64,000 nucleotides of DNA from positions 8,979 to 72,978 of the forward strand of contig CAWKEZ010000110.1 in assembly GCA_963848545.1 (NCBI GenBank). The letters run 5' to 3'. The notes under the pieces are model-generated. The model was not told the origin of the DNA and did not search any database. It saw only the letters and a list, made by a program, of their open reading frames with translations. The position numbers and the translations under genes are program-made. Numbering within the stretch: the stretch's first letter is position 1; each line of letters opens with the position of its first letter. Shown piece by piece: positions 33,651-42,482 of the stretch. This stretch comes from an uncultured Thermoleophilia bacterium. Lineage in GTDB: Bacteria; Actinomycetota; Thermoleophilia; UBA2241.

Positions 33651-33838
33651 CCCCAGCCGGCGGCACGCCCCCGAGCCGCCACGCATCAGCGAAGAGAGGT
33701 GACGCCGTGATCGTCAAGACGTTTGTGATCCAGTTGCTTGCTGGCGCGGGCCGTGCCACTATGCAAGGCGGCCCGTTTGCGGGCGCGCTCGCCGTTGGCG
33801 GTACTGCTCTAAACCGGGGGCTCGCCACACGGAGGACA

Positions 33839-33955
33839 CGTGAGGCTTGAGGATCTGCTCGGACCCCGCGTGCGCTACAAGGGCGAGGAGGGGCGCGTCG
33901 TGCAGGGGCATGCCGACGATGGCAAGGCCGCGGTGACGGTGACCTCCGTGCAATG
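33839..33955 (+). CDS. small hypothetical protein (38 aa)
   Basis: GTG start 4 nt after GGAGGA; stop overlaps next ORF start (ATGA). Confidence 0.3.
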
Positions 33956-34280
33956 AGTGGCGCGCCACGTCGCGTCGTGACCGTGCCCGAGTCTGAGTGG
34001 AAGGAGCTGGAGCTTATTGACTGGGAAAGACGCCGCAAAGGCCGTCCCCATGCTTCGACTCCAGGGAACCTGATTAGCGAGCACTCGCGCCTGCCGGTGA
34101 TCATGCCGGCTCGCGACGTGAAGCACCTGACCGCGAACTTCCCAGACGCCCTTGGCGCACGTTCTTGCCGGCCTCGGCGTCGAGGCCACCGCAATAGAAC
34201 GCGAGGTCGAGGCCACGCGCCAGGCCGTGATTGCGAAGACCGACAACCGCTCCCTGCTCGGTACCCTGCGGCTGGCGTAG
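33953..34280 (+). CDS. small hypothetical protein, possibly frameshifted (~34170)
   Basis: ORF MSGAPRRVVTVPESEWKELELIDWERRRKG...; an alternative frame from ~34170 gives coding-like ...LAGLGVEATAIEREVEATRQAVIAKTDNRSLLGTLRLA*. Confidence 0.25.
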
Positions 34281-34341
34281 GGCGGAAGGAGGTGGCGCTG
34301 AAGACGTGTCGGTTGGTCGCAGCTTGCCTGCGTGCTGTCAC

Positions 34342-34641
34342 TCAGGATCCGACTGACTCCTGAATCTCGGCGACCGTCTCCTCGCTCGGCAGACCGCTCG
34401 ACAGGGTCACGACCATGACGGTTGGTCCGAACGACCTCGCCGCGTCGAACGCCGCCCGCACCGCGGCGAAGACCGATTCCTCGTCTCCTGGGGCGAAGGT
34501 GCTGAGGCGGCCCACGCTTGCGTCCACGCCCGCCTTGGCGGCAGCCCTGCACGGCGGCCTCGATCGCCGGGTGAAGGTGCTCCTGGCGTAGCGGATAGAC
34601 CGAGAACTGCAGACCGACCCCGCTCTTGCCTGCTGATTCCT
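34342..34641 (-). CDS. YkoF/MTH1187-family (thiamine-binding-like) small protein, 1-nt frameshift ~34520
   Basis: MSAQESAGKSGVGLQFSVYPLRQEHLHPAIEAAVQ | AAAKAGVDASVGRLSTFAPGDEESVFAAVRAAFDAARSFGPTVMVVTLSS... Confidence 0.5.
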   Translation of the reverse strand, partial: RNQQARAGSVCSSRSIRYARSTFTRRSRPPCRAAAKAGVDASVGRLSTFAPGDEESVFAAVRAAFDAARSFGPTVMVVTLSSGLPSEETVAEIQESVGS

Positions 34642-34827
34642 GGGCGCTCATCGGTCGATGCGCTTGATGGTCACCGTGATCGTCTGCGGATCCTCAAGGC
34701 GATGGGCGGCCCGCTTCTGCAGGTAGAGGGTGCCGATCACCAGGGGCTGGTCTGACTCGGGCTCCTCGTAGCGCACTGTGTTCTTGGTCTCTCTGGCCCT
34801 GTTCGAGGTCACCTTGAGCGGTTCCAT
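34638..34827 (-). CDS. small hypothetical protein (62 aa), stop overlaps ykoF-like start (ATGA)
   Basis: MEPLKVTSNRARETKNTVRYEEPESDQPLVIGTLYLQKRAAHRLEDPQTITVTIKRIDR*. Confidence 0.3.
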
Positions 34828-35042
34828 CGTTTCTCACTTTCGAGATGTAACGGGAAGCGGCCTACCACCGGTCATCGCCGGCGCCGACTCTCGAAGCCAT
34901 GGTGGGATCGTTACGGCGCACGGCGCGGCGCTAGGTACCGATACGGGTCAAGCATCGATCGTCAGGCGGTCAGACGGCGACCATGCTGGCGAGGCTGCGG
35001 AACAGCAGCTTCTTCGCTCGCGCCTTCGGGGGCAAGGGCTAG

Positions 35043-36397
35043 CAGGCTGCTGAAGAAGCGGCCTTGGAGTTGCACCGATGCCGGGCGGAGCCGCAGTGAG
35101 CCGGCAACGGGCTGAGCTGAGCGCGTTTCGGGCTCGCAGGAAGGGCCCGTGGGGCCCGTTCCCGGCCCCTTGCCTTACGCCGGAGACGGCTCCGCCAGCA
35201 GCGTTCGCAGGCGTACCAGGTTGTAGGCGGCGCAGGCGAAGGTGAAGACTGCGGCCGCCTTGGCCTTGCCGCGGTGGCGCAGCTTGCGCAGGCCGCCGAC
35301 CGTCTTGATCCAGCCGAAGGGTTCTTCGACCAGTTTGCGGCGGCGCTGGCTGACCGCGTAGCCGTCGTGACGCGTCGTGCGGCGGTCGACCGCGCTGAAG
35401 CGGTCCTTGGCGGCGACGTGCGGGGTGATCTTCAGGGCGCGCACGCCGGCGACGAAGTCCTTCGTGTCGTAGCCGCGATCGGCGCCGACGCTCATGCGCC
35501 CGCGCCTGCGGCGCCGCTGGCGTCGAAGCAGCCGCAGGCCGGCCTCGCGCTCGGCGGTGCCGGAGGCCTCGGTCAGCTCGCAGTCGACGATGAGGCCGTT
35601 GCGGTTCTCGGTCAGGCTGTGGCCGGCGTAGCAGAGCTTGGCCGCCTGGCTGTCGCCCTTGCGCGCGAGACGGGCCTCGGGGTCCGTGGTCGAGCGGTGG
35701 CTGGCGTTGCCGCGCCGCTCGCCGCGCCAGTCGACCTCGGGGTTGCGGCCGCCGCCGTGCGGCGCCGGCGGCTCCTCGTCGTCCCCCTGCTCGATCGGCC
35801 GCAGGCTCTTCAGCGAGGCGGCCGCCTCGATGAGCGTGCCGTCGAGGGAGAAGTGCTCGCGGCTGAGCAGCTTGTGCGCCTCGGCCTGAGCGCGGATCGC
35901 TTCGAAGAAGGCCTCGGCGACCTCGGCGGTGAGCAGGCGGTCACGGTTCTTGGTGAAGGTGGTCGGATGCCAGACCGGCTCGTCCAAGGGCAGGCCGACG
36001 AACCAGCGCAGGAGCAGGTTGTAGCGGAGCTGCTCGCAGAGCCGGCGCTCGGAGGGTATGGCGTAGAGGATCTGGATGAGCTGGGCGCGCAGCAGGTACT
36101 CGGGGGCGACCGAGGGGCGGCCGCGCTCGGCGTAGAGCGCGTCGAGACTGGGCCTCATCTCCTCGAGGGCGACGTCGACCAGCGCGCGGATGCCACGCAG
36201 CGGATGGTCGTCCGGTACGACGTCCTCGAGCGTAGTCAGCACGATGAACCCCGCCTGCAGCTCCTCGTCCCCGCGCACTGCGCCACCTCCCCGTCGCCTG
36301 CCTGTAACGCGCACAGTAGCAGCTTCGAGGCGACACGCGAGACCACCTCCGCGAGGCTCTCGCAGAGCTTGAAGCGGGGCTATTTTCAGCAGCCTGC
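35043..36397. mobile_element. IS5-family insertion sequence (~1.35 kb) with ~17-bp terminal inverted repeats and 4-bp CTAG target-site duplication
   Basis: Left end CAGGCTGCTGAA... (35043) and right end ...TTCAGCAGCCTG (36397) are reverse complements; CTAG at 35039-35042 and 36398-36401. Confidence 0.75.
35175..36279 (-). CDS. IS5-family DDE transposase
   Basis: GTG start with GGAGGTGG RBS; LTTLEDVVPDDHPLRGIRALVD...LYAERGRPSVAPEYLLRAQLIQILYAIPSERRLCEQLRYNLLLRWFVGL... and DDE core. Confidence 0.8.
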
Positions 36398-36522
36398 TAG
36401 CGCCGCACTGGCGCGTCTCCCCGACGCCTTTAAAGCGTCGCCCGCCGCTCCACACCCTCAGGCCCGTCGCGGCCGCTGCTTTCAACCTCCGTGGTGGAGC
36501 GCCCAGGCGAGTGTCGCGCGGG

Positions 36523-37270
36523 CTACCTCGGGCGAGCGCCGAGCCGCGGTGGCCGCCCTCGCGCAGGGTGATGAAGCGCGTTGGGCTCGGCCAGCACGGC
36601 CGCCAGACGGAGGCTGTGGGCGAAAGGCACGTCCTCGTCGTCGCGGGCGTGCACCAGCAGCACGCGCGGCATCCCTCGCGCGATCTCGACCAGATCGAGG
36701 CGGCGCAGGAACGGTCGCAGCACGGCGCGGCGAAGCGGGGCCGTACTCGCCACTCGCCGCGGGCGTCGGCCCACCACTCCGCGGCTGCGCGGCGCGCCTC
36801 ATAGGCGGCGAGGCCGGTCAGCAGCGACGCCCCGTCGGCCGGGCAGAGCAGAACGAGCGAGCGGAACAGCGCTGGATGAGCGTGAGCGGCGAGCAAGAGG
36901 AAGCAGGCCCCCATGCTCGCTCCACGGGCTGCCAGCCAAGGCACCCCGCTCGGCCCGCAGGAGCAGCCGGCCGGCGGCGACCGCGTCGTGCCAGACGTCT
37001 GGCCCCAGCACACCCTGGCTCTCGCCGTGGCCGCGGAAATCGAAGGTCAACACCGCGAGCCCGGCAGCGGCGGCCTGCTCACCCATCAGGGTGTGGTTCT
37101 CCTTGCGGCTGCCGGCGCCGTAGCGCGCGAGCCATGCTCCGCGTGGCGGACCATCGAGTCGAAAGAGCAGACCGGCCAGCTCAAGACCGTCGCAGGGGAT
37201 CGTGATGCGCGCGGGCGGCCGGGCGTTCTCGGCTCCGGCCGGCCGGGCGTTCTCCGCCTTGCGGGCGCTG
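36523..37270 (-). pseudogene. alpha/beta-hydrolase (dienelactone-hydrolase-like) gene split over three frames
   Basis: N-part ...ITIPCDGLELAGLLF...VLTFDFRGHGESQG, nucleophile elbow GASMGACFLLLAAHAHP, C-part PRVLLVHARDDEDVPFAHS each in a different frame. Confidence 0.5.
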
Positions 37271-37407
37271 CGTCCTGGCTCTCAGGCGCCGTGTTCGGAA
37301 CTCTCATGTACCGAGTTTAGCCCACCGCTGGCGGTGTGATGTACTAGCGGCAAGCGCGCCGCAAGGGGCGGCGTGGCGCCGCCCGAACCTGCAGCAGCGG
37401 AGGTCGC

Positions 37408-38667
37408 ATGCACGAGGTTAATGTCGGCCACAAGAGTTTGGCCGACTACCGCTCCATCGTCCCCAAAGATCTCATGGCCGAGATCGACGAGCTCTCGCGC
37501 GAGCTGCTGCGCGGACGCAAGGTCCTTCACGTTAACGCCACCGCCTTTGGCGGCGGCGTGGCCGAGATTCTCTACGCCCTGGTGCCTCTCGACGAGCGAC
37601 GCCGGCCTGGAGGCGCAGTGGCAGATCATGACGGCGCCGCCGGAGTTCTTCACCGTAACGAAGAGCTTCCACGACGGCCTGCAGGGCCACGCCGGTCAGA
37701 CTTCCCCACGGAGGCGCGCGAGCTCTACGAGAGCGTCTGCCGGGCCAATGCCGCCGAGCTCACGCGGTACTACGACTTCGTCGTCATCCACGACCCCCAG
37801 CCCCTTGCCATCCGGGACTTCGTGACCCTCAGCCAGGACCGCGCCACATGGTGGATCTGGCGCTGCCACATCGACACATCTACGCCCAACCGAGAGCTGT
37901 ACGAGTACCTGCTGCCGTCCCTCAACGGCTACGACGCCGCGGTATACACGTTGCAAGACTATGTGCCCAGCGGTCTCGGCATACCGGTGCGTGCCATCGC
38001 CCCCACCATCGACCCGCTGGCGCCCAAGAACATGAAGCTCTCCAGCGAAGACGCCAGCTACATCGTGCGCCAGTTCGGCATCGACGCAGAGCGGCCGCTG
38101 CTGCTGCAGGTGTCACGCTTCGACCCCTGGAAGGATCCGCTGGGAGTGGTCGACGTGTATCGCTCCGTCAAGGCTGTGCACCCCGACGTGCAGCTCGCCC
38201 TCGTCGGTTCCATGGCGAGCGACGATCCCGAGGGCTGGGAGTACCTCGAGAAGGTCATCGATTACGTGGGCGCCGACCCGGACGTGTTCGTGCTCTCCAA
38301 CATCGACAATGTGGGGTCGGTGGAGATCAACGCCTTTCAGAGCCACGCCGACGTGATCATCCAGAAGTCCACTCGCGAAGGGTTCGGCCTCACCGTGACC
38401 GAGGGGCTCTGGAAGGGCCGCCCCACCATTGGTGGGGCGGTAGGCGGCATCCCCCTGCAGATCGAAGACGGCGTGACCGGGTACCTGGTGAAGTCGGCGG
38501 CGGAGTGCGCGCAACGCTGCCTGCAGGTGCTGGCCGATCCCGAGATGCACCGCCGCATGGCTCTGCAGGGCAAGGAGCACGTGCGTCGCGAGTTTCTTAC
38601 GCCGCGGCTCCTGCGCGACGACTTACGGCTCTTCCGCGACCTGCTCACGGGTAAGATAGGGTCCTAG
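37408..38667 (+). CDS. GT4 glycosyltransferase, TreT (trehalose glycosyltransferring synthase)-like; two compensating frameshifts ~37590 and ~37700
   Basis: KVLHVNATAFGGGVAEILYALVPL then |SDAGLEAQWQIMTAPPEFFTVTKSFHDGLQG in another frame, returns to frame at ...TEARELYES; C-terminal GT4 E-x7-E region. Confidence 0.55.
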   Translation: MHEVNVGHKSLADYRSIVPKDLMAEIDELSRELLRGRKVLHVNATAFGGGVAEILYALVPLDERRRPGGAVADHDGAAGVLHRNEELPRRPAGPRRSDFPTEARELYESVCRANAAELTRYYDFVVIHDPQPLAIRDFVTLSQDRATWWIWRCHIDTSTPNRELYEYLLPSLNGYDAAVYTLQDYVPSGLGIPVRAIAPTIDPLAPKNMKLSSEDASYIVRQFGIDAERPLLLQVSRFDPWKDPLGVVDVYRSVKAVHPDVQLALVGSMASDDPEGWEYLEKVIDYVGADPDVFVLSNIDNVGSVEINAFQSHADVIIQKSTREGFGLTVTEGLWKGRPTIGGAVGGIPLQIEDGVTGYLVKSAAECAQRCLQVLADPEMHRRMALQGKEHVRREFLTPRLLRDDLRLFRDLLTGKIGS

Positions 38668-38734
38668 AGCGAGGGGCCTAGAGCGGCCGGCGCGCACTGC
38701 GCGGGCGGGTCCACGGCAAACAGGGGGCGGGGGC

Positions 38735-40213
38735 GTGGGGCAAAGCAGGCAGACGGCCGACCTTGCGGGACGCCGGCTGGTCGTGGCGGCCAACCGGGGA
38801 CCAGTGCAGTTCCACCTCGACCCTTCCGGCGAGCCCGTGGTAACGCGCGGACCGGGCGGGCTCGTCACGGTGCTCACCGAGGTGCTGCGCAAGCACGCCG
38901 GCACCTGGGTTGCCGCGGCTCAAGGCGACGCCGAGGCCGAGCTTGCTAATCAGGGGCACTCCGTCGAGGTCAAGGTGGGCGGCGATGTGTATCGAGTGCG
39001 CTACGTCGCCGTGGAACCCAAGACGTACTACAAGTACTACAACATCGTGGCCAATCCGATGCTGTGGTTCATCCAGCACTACCTGTGGGACCTTGGCCGG
39101 CACCCCGACATCTCGGCGAATGAGCTCGACGCCTGGTACAACGGCTACGTGCCGGTGAACCGTCTTTTCGCCCAAGCTATCGCGGACGAGGTTGGCGATG
39201 ATGGCCTGGTCATGCTGCACGACTACCAGCTCTACTGTGTCGCGCCCGAGGTAAGGGCCGCCTTGCCACACGTGTTTCTGCACCAGTTTGTGCACATCCC
39301 CTGGCCGCAGAGCGACGCCTGGCTGGTGCTGCCCGAGCGCATCCGCGGGGCCGTCTTCGAGGGTCTGCTGGGCAACGACATCGTCGCCTTTCACACGCGG
39401 CACTACGCGGTGAACTTCCTGCAGTGCTGCAACGACCTCCTCGACCTACCGGTCGACATGCAGCGCCTCACGGTGCAGGTGGGCGCTCGCGAGGTATGGG
39501 TGCGGGCGTACCCTGTCTCCATCGACCCGGCGAGCTTGCGGGCGGCCGCCAAGGCGCAACGGGTGGCGGCCGAGGAGCGGCATCTGCTGGAGCGCCGCCG
39601 CGAGCATCTGCTGCTGCGCGTCGACCGCCTCGACCTGAGCAAGAACATCATCCGGGGGTTCCTCGCTTTCGACCGCTTCCTCGACATGCACCCCGAGTTT
39701 CGCGAGCGCATCACCTTCCTCGCGCTGGTGCAGCCCTCGCGCGAGGACGTGGAGGAGTTCGTGGTCTACCGCGAACGCGTGACGCGCACCGTCGAGCAGA
39801 TCAACACCAAGCACGGCAACACCGACTGGATGCCCATCGACCTGCGCGTGCAGGACAATTTCCCGATGACCCTGTCTGCCTACCGCCACTACGACGCCCT
39901 CCTGGTCAACGCGATCTTCGACGGCATGAACCTGGTCGCCAAGGAGGGGCCTATCCTCAACCAGCGCGACGGGGTGCTCATCCTCTCCGAGAACACAGGG
40001 GCGAGCGAGGAGCTGGGTGCCTTCGCGGTGAGCGTAAACCCGTTCGATATCGATGAGCAGGCCGAGGCTATCTACCGCGCTCTCACCATGCCGGTCGCGG
40101 AGAAGCGCGATCGGCTGCGGCAGCTTCGCGCCGTCGTCGCCCGCAACAGCATCGAGAAGTGGGTGCACGCGCAGTTCGCCGACATCGCGCTGAAACTCGC
40201 TGCGCAGGGGTGA
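38735..40213 (+). CDS. otsA: alpha,alpha-trehalose-phosphate synthase (GT20)
   Basis: LVVAANRGPV..., LVMLHDYQLYCVAPEVR, FVHIPWPQSD, ...GMNLVAKEG. Confidence 0.85.
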   Translation: MGQSRQTADLAGRRLVVAANRGPVQFHLDPSGEPVVTRGPGGLVTVLTEVLRKHAGTWVAAAQGDAEAELANQGHSVEVKVGGDVYRVRYVAVEPKTYYKYYNIVANPMLWFIQHYLWDLGRHPDISANELDAWYNGYVPVNRLFAQAIADEVGDDGLVMLHDYQLYCVAPEVRAALPHVFLHQFVHIPWPQSDAWLVLPERIRGAVFEGLLGNDIVAFHTRHYAVNFLQCCNDLLDLPVDMQRLTVQVGAREVWVRAYPVSIDPASLRAAAKAQRVAAEERHLLERRREHLLLRVDRLDLSKNIIRGFLAFDRFLDMHPEFRERITFLALVQPSREDVEEFVVYRERVTRTVEQINTKHGNTDWMPIDLRVQDNFPMTLSAYRHYDALLVNAIFDGMNLVAKEGPILNQRDGVLILSENTGASEELGAFAVSVNPFDIDEQAEAIYRALTMPVAEKRDRLRQLRAVVARNSIEKWVHAQFADIALKLAAQG

Positions 40214-40244
40214 TGCGCAAGGCCGGTCGCCGAACGCCGGTTGC

Positions 40245-41327
40245 TCAGCGGTCGCCGCCGTCGGCCCGGGCGCAGCGCTGGGCGGCGAGGGCTACGTACT
40301 CTGCGGCCACATCGATGCCGATCGACCTGCGGCCCAACTCCCGGGCCACCAGCATGGCGGTGCCGGTACCGCAGAACGGGTCGAGCACCACGCCGCCGGC
40401 CGGGCAGGTAGCCAGTATGGGCAGACGGCAGAGGTCGGCGGGGAAGGGTGCGTAATGGGCCTCGCGTCGCTGCGTATCTTCGGGCAGGATGTCCCACACG
40501 TCGCCGGGCTTGCTACCGCGCGGATGGTAGCGCAGGAAGTAGAAGCCGTGCCGCTGCAACTCGCGGGCGCGGCCCGAGACCGCGGCGGAATCCGAGTGGG
40601 TGGTCCGCTGGCTGCCGCGGATGACCATGCGAAAGTCGCTCAAGCGGCCCGCGGCGAGCTCGCCGAGCGTCTCGTCGAGGGCGGCCAGGGCGGACGTCTT
40701 CTCGGCGGCCGTCAGCGCCGTGGAGAGCTCGATCTGGCGGCGGTACCGCACGCCGTGCACGCCCGTGGCCGAGATCACGGCGCCGTTCTCTACACGCGCC
40801 GCCCGCGGCGCGTGACGCACGGCATCGGCGTCGTAGAAGTAGTCCCTGGGCTGCCGGACGAAGTGAAACAGCAGCTCATGAACATTGCGCAGCCTGTCGC
40901 GACTGCCATCGGGTCCGCCTTTCACCTTGTGCCAGACGACGCTGTTGCGCAGCGTCCAGCCCTGCTCGTCGCAGAGGTGGAAGGCCACGCGCCAGGGGAT
41001 GCCCAGCTGGCGCTTGCCGCGGTAGGTGTCGCCCAGGTTGAGCCAGAGCGAGCCCTCCGGTTTGAGCACTCGGAGCAGTTCGGCGGCGATGGCGCCGAGG
41101 CCCGCCACGTATTCCTGCCAGCGGCCCTCGGCGCCGATCCCGCCGGCGGCGTAGCGCCGGTGGCCGTAGTAGGGCGGACTGGTGATGCAGCAGTCTATCG
41201 ACGCCGCGGGGAAGAGGCGGAGGGTATGCGCGGCGTCGCCGCACAAGAACAGGGGTCGCGGGTGGAGCCGCGGGTCGTGACTCGCAAGGTACCTCGTGAG
41301 GCGGGCCGCGACCCGCGGCTCGCTCAC
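40245..41327 (-). CDS. DNA methyltransferase, beta-class (SPPY motif IV before FxGxG motif I): N4-cytosine or N6-adenine
   Basis: ...DCCITSPPYYGHRRY... and ...VVLDPFCGTGTAMLVARELGRRSIGIDV; GTG start overlaps GT4 stop (GTGA). Confidence 0.7.
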   Translation of the reverse strand: MSEPRVAARLTRYLASHDPRLHPRPLFLCGDAAHTLRLFPAASIDCCITSPPYYGHRRYAAGGIGAEGRWQEYVAGLGAIAAELLRVLKPEGSLWLNLGDTYRGKRQLGIPWRVAFHLCDEQGWTLRNSVVWHKVKGGPDGSRDRLRNVHELLFHFVRQPRDYFYDADAVRHAPRAARVENGAVISATGVHGVRYRRQIELSTALTAAEKTSALAALDETLGELAAGRLSDFRMVIRGSQRTTHSDSAAVSGRARELQRHGFYFLRYHPRGSKPGDVWDILPEDTQRREAHYAPFPADLCRLPILATCPAGGVVLDPFCGTGTAMLVARELGRRSIGIDVAAEYVALAAQRCARADGGDR

Positions 41328-42373
41328 CCCGCGCGCACCCGCTCCGCGAGCACCCGCCGGTAGATGGCCTCGTAGTCGCTCACCATGCGGTCGACCGTGA
41401 AGCGCTCCTCCACGGTGTGGCGGCACACCGCCGGGTCGATCTCGCCGAGCCGGCCGACGGCGGCCACGAGGTCGTCGAAGGTATCGCAGATGAATCCCGT
41501 TTTGCCGTGGTCGATCACCTCGGGCACCGAGCCCTGGCGCAGCGCCACCACCGGCGTGCCCGTGGCCAAGGCCTCGATCATCACGAGGCCGAACGGCTCC
41601 GGCCAGGTGATGGGAAACAGGAACGCCTTGGCGTGCGCGAACAGCTCGCGCTTGCGGGCGTCGTCGACCTCGCCCTCGTACACGATCTGGTCGCCGTCGA
41701 TGAGCGGCTCCACCTTCTCCTCGAAGTACTCGCGGTAGGGCTCCTGGAGCACGCCGGCCATAATGAGCCGCTGGCCGGTACGCTTGGCCGCGGCGATTGA
41801 GAGGTGGAAACCCTTGGCCTCGCAGACTCGTCCGAAGGCCAGCAGGTAGTCGTCCTTGCTGGGCGTGTAAGGCCACTGCTCCACGGCGATGGCGTTGTAG
41901 GCGAGGCCGGCCCAGTTCATGCCCGACGGCGCCATGGACTGCTGGTATCGGCTGATACCGATGTAGGCCACCTCGTCCTTGAACTGCTTGTAGAAGCCGT
42001 AGGCGGCGGTGTCGAAGGCGCAGTGCACGGTGTGCACCATGGGCGTCCCCAGATAGCGGCTGAAGGCGATGCCAAGAAAGCCCGAGTGATCGTGCACGAG
42101 GTCGAAGCGGTCGTGCTCGATGCCGGCGAAGGCGAACGACACGTGGCAGGCGTCGTAGCTCGTCTGGCCCATCACCTCGGGCATCTGCGTGGGGTAGAGG
42201 GAGCGCAGCTCGGCGGCGGTGCGCGCGTCTCCGGTGGCGTACAGCACCACCTCGTGACCGTGCGCCGTGAGCCCGTCGCACAACTGCTGCACCACCCACT
42301 CGGTGCCGCCGTAGCCGGCGGGCGGCACGGTGATCCAGGGCGGGGCTATCTGGGCGATGCGCATGCCTCGCAT
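41324..42373 (-). CDS. GT4 (group 1) glycosyltransferase
   Basis: MRIAQIAPPWITVPPAGYGGTE... and C-terminal EPFGLVMIEALATGTPVVA. Confidence 0.8.
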   Translation of the reverse strand: MRGMRIAQIAPPWITVPPAGYGGTEWVVQQLCDGLTAHGHEVVLYATGDARTAAELRSLYPTQMPEVMGQTSYDACHVSFAFAGIEHDRFDLVHDHSGFLGIAFSRYLGTPMVHTVHCAFDTAAYGFYKQFKDEVAYIGISRYQQSMAPSGMNWAGLAYNAIAVEQWPYTPSKDDYLLAFGRVCEAKGFHLSIAAAKRTGQRLIMAGVLQEPYREYFEEKVEPLIDGDQIVYEGEVDDARKRELFAHAKAFLFPITWPEPFGLVMIEALATGTPVVALRQGSVPEVIDHGKTGFICDTFDDLVAAVGRLGEIDPAVCRHTVEERFTVDRMVSDYEAIYRRVLAERVRAG

Positions 42374-42482
42374 TGTACAAGACCAGCGACGGCCTCATGC
42401 GACGGCATGGGCGACCGGGACGGGCGAGGCCGCGCCTGCATTTGGCTGTCCAAGCCGACCCGGAGTGGGTAGAGTGGCGTCG

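Noticed and set aside
35274-37205. 643-aa ORF on plus strand
   Set aside because: Antisense to the IS5 transposase and hydrolase. Arg/Ala/Pro-rich low-complexity translation typical of spurious ORFs in high-GC DNA.
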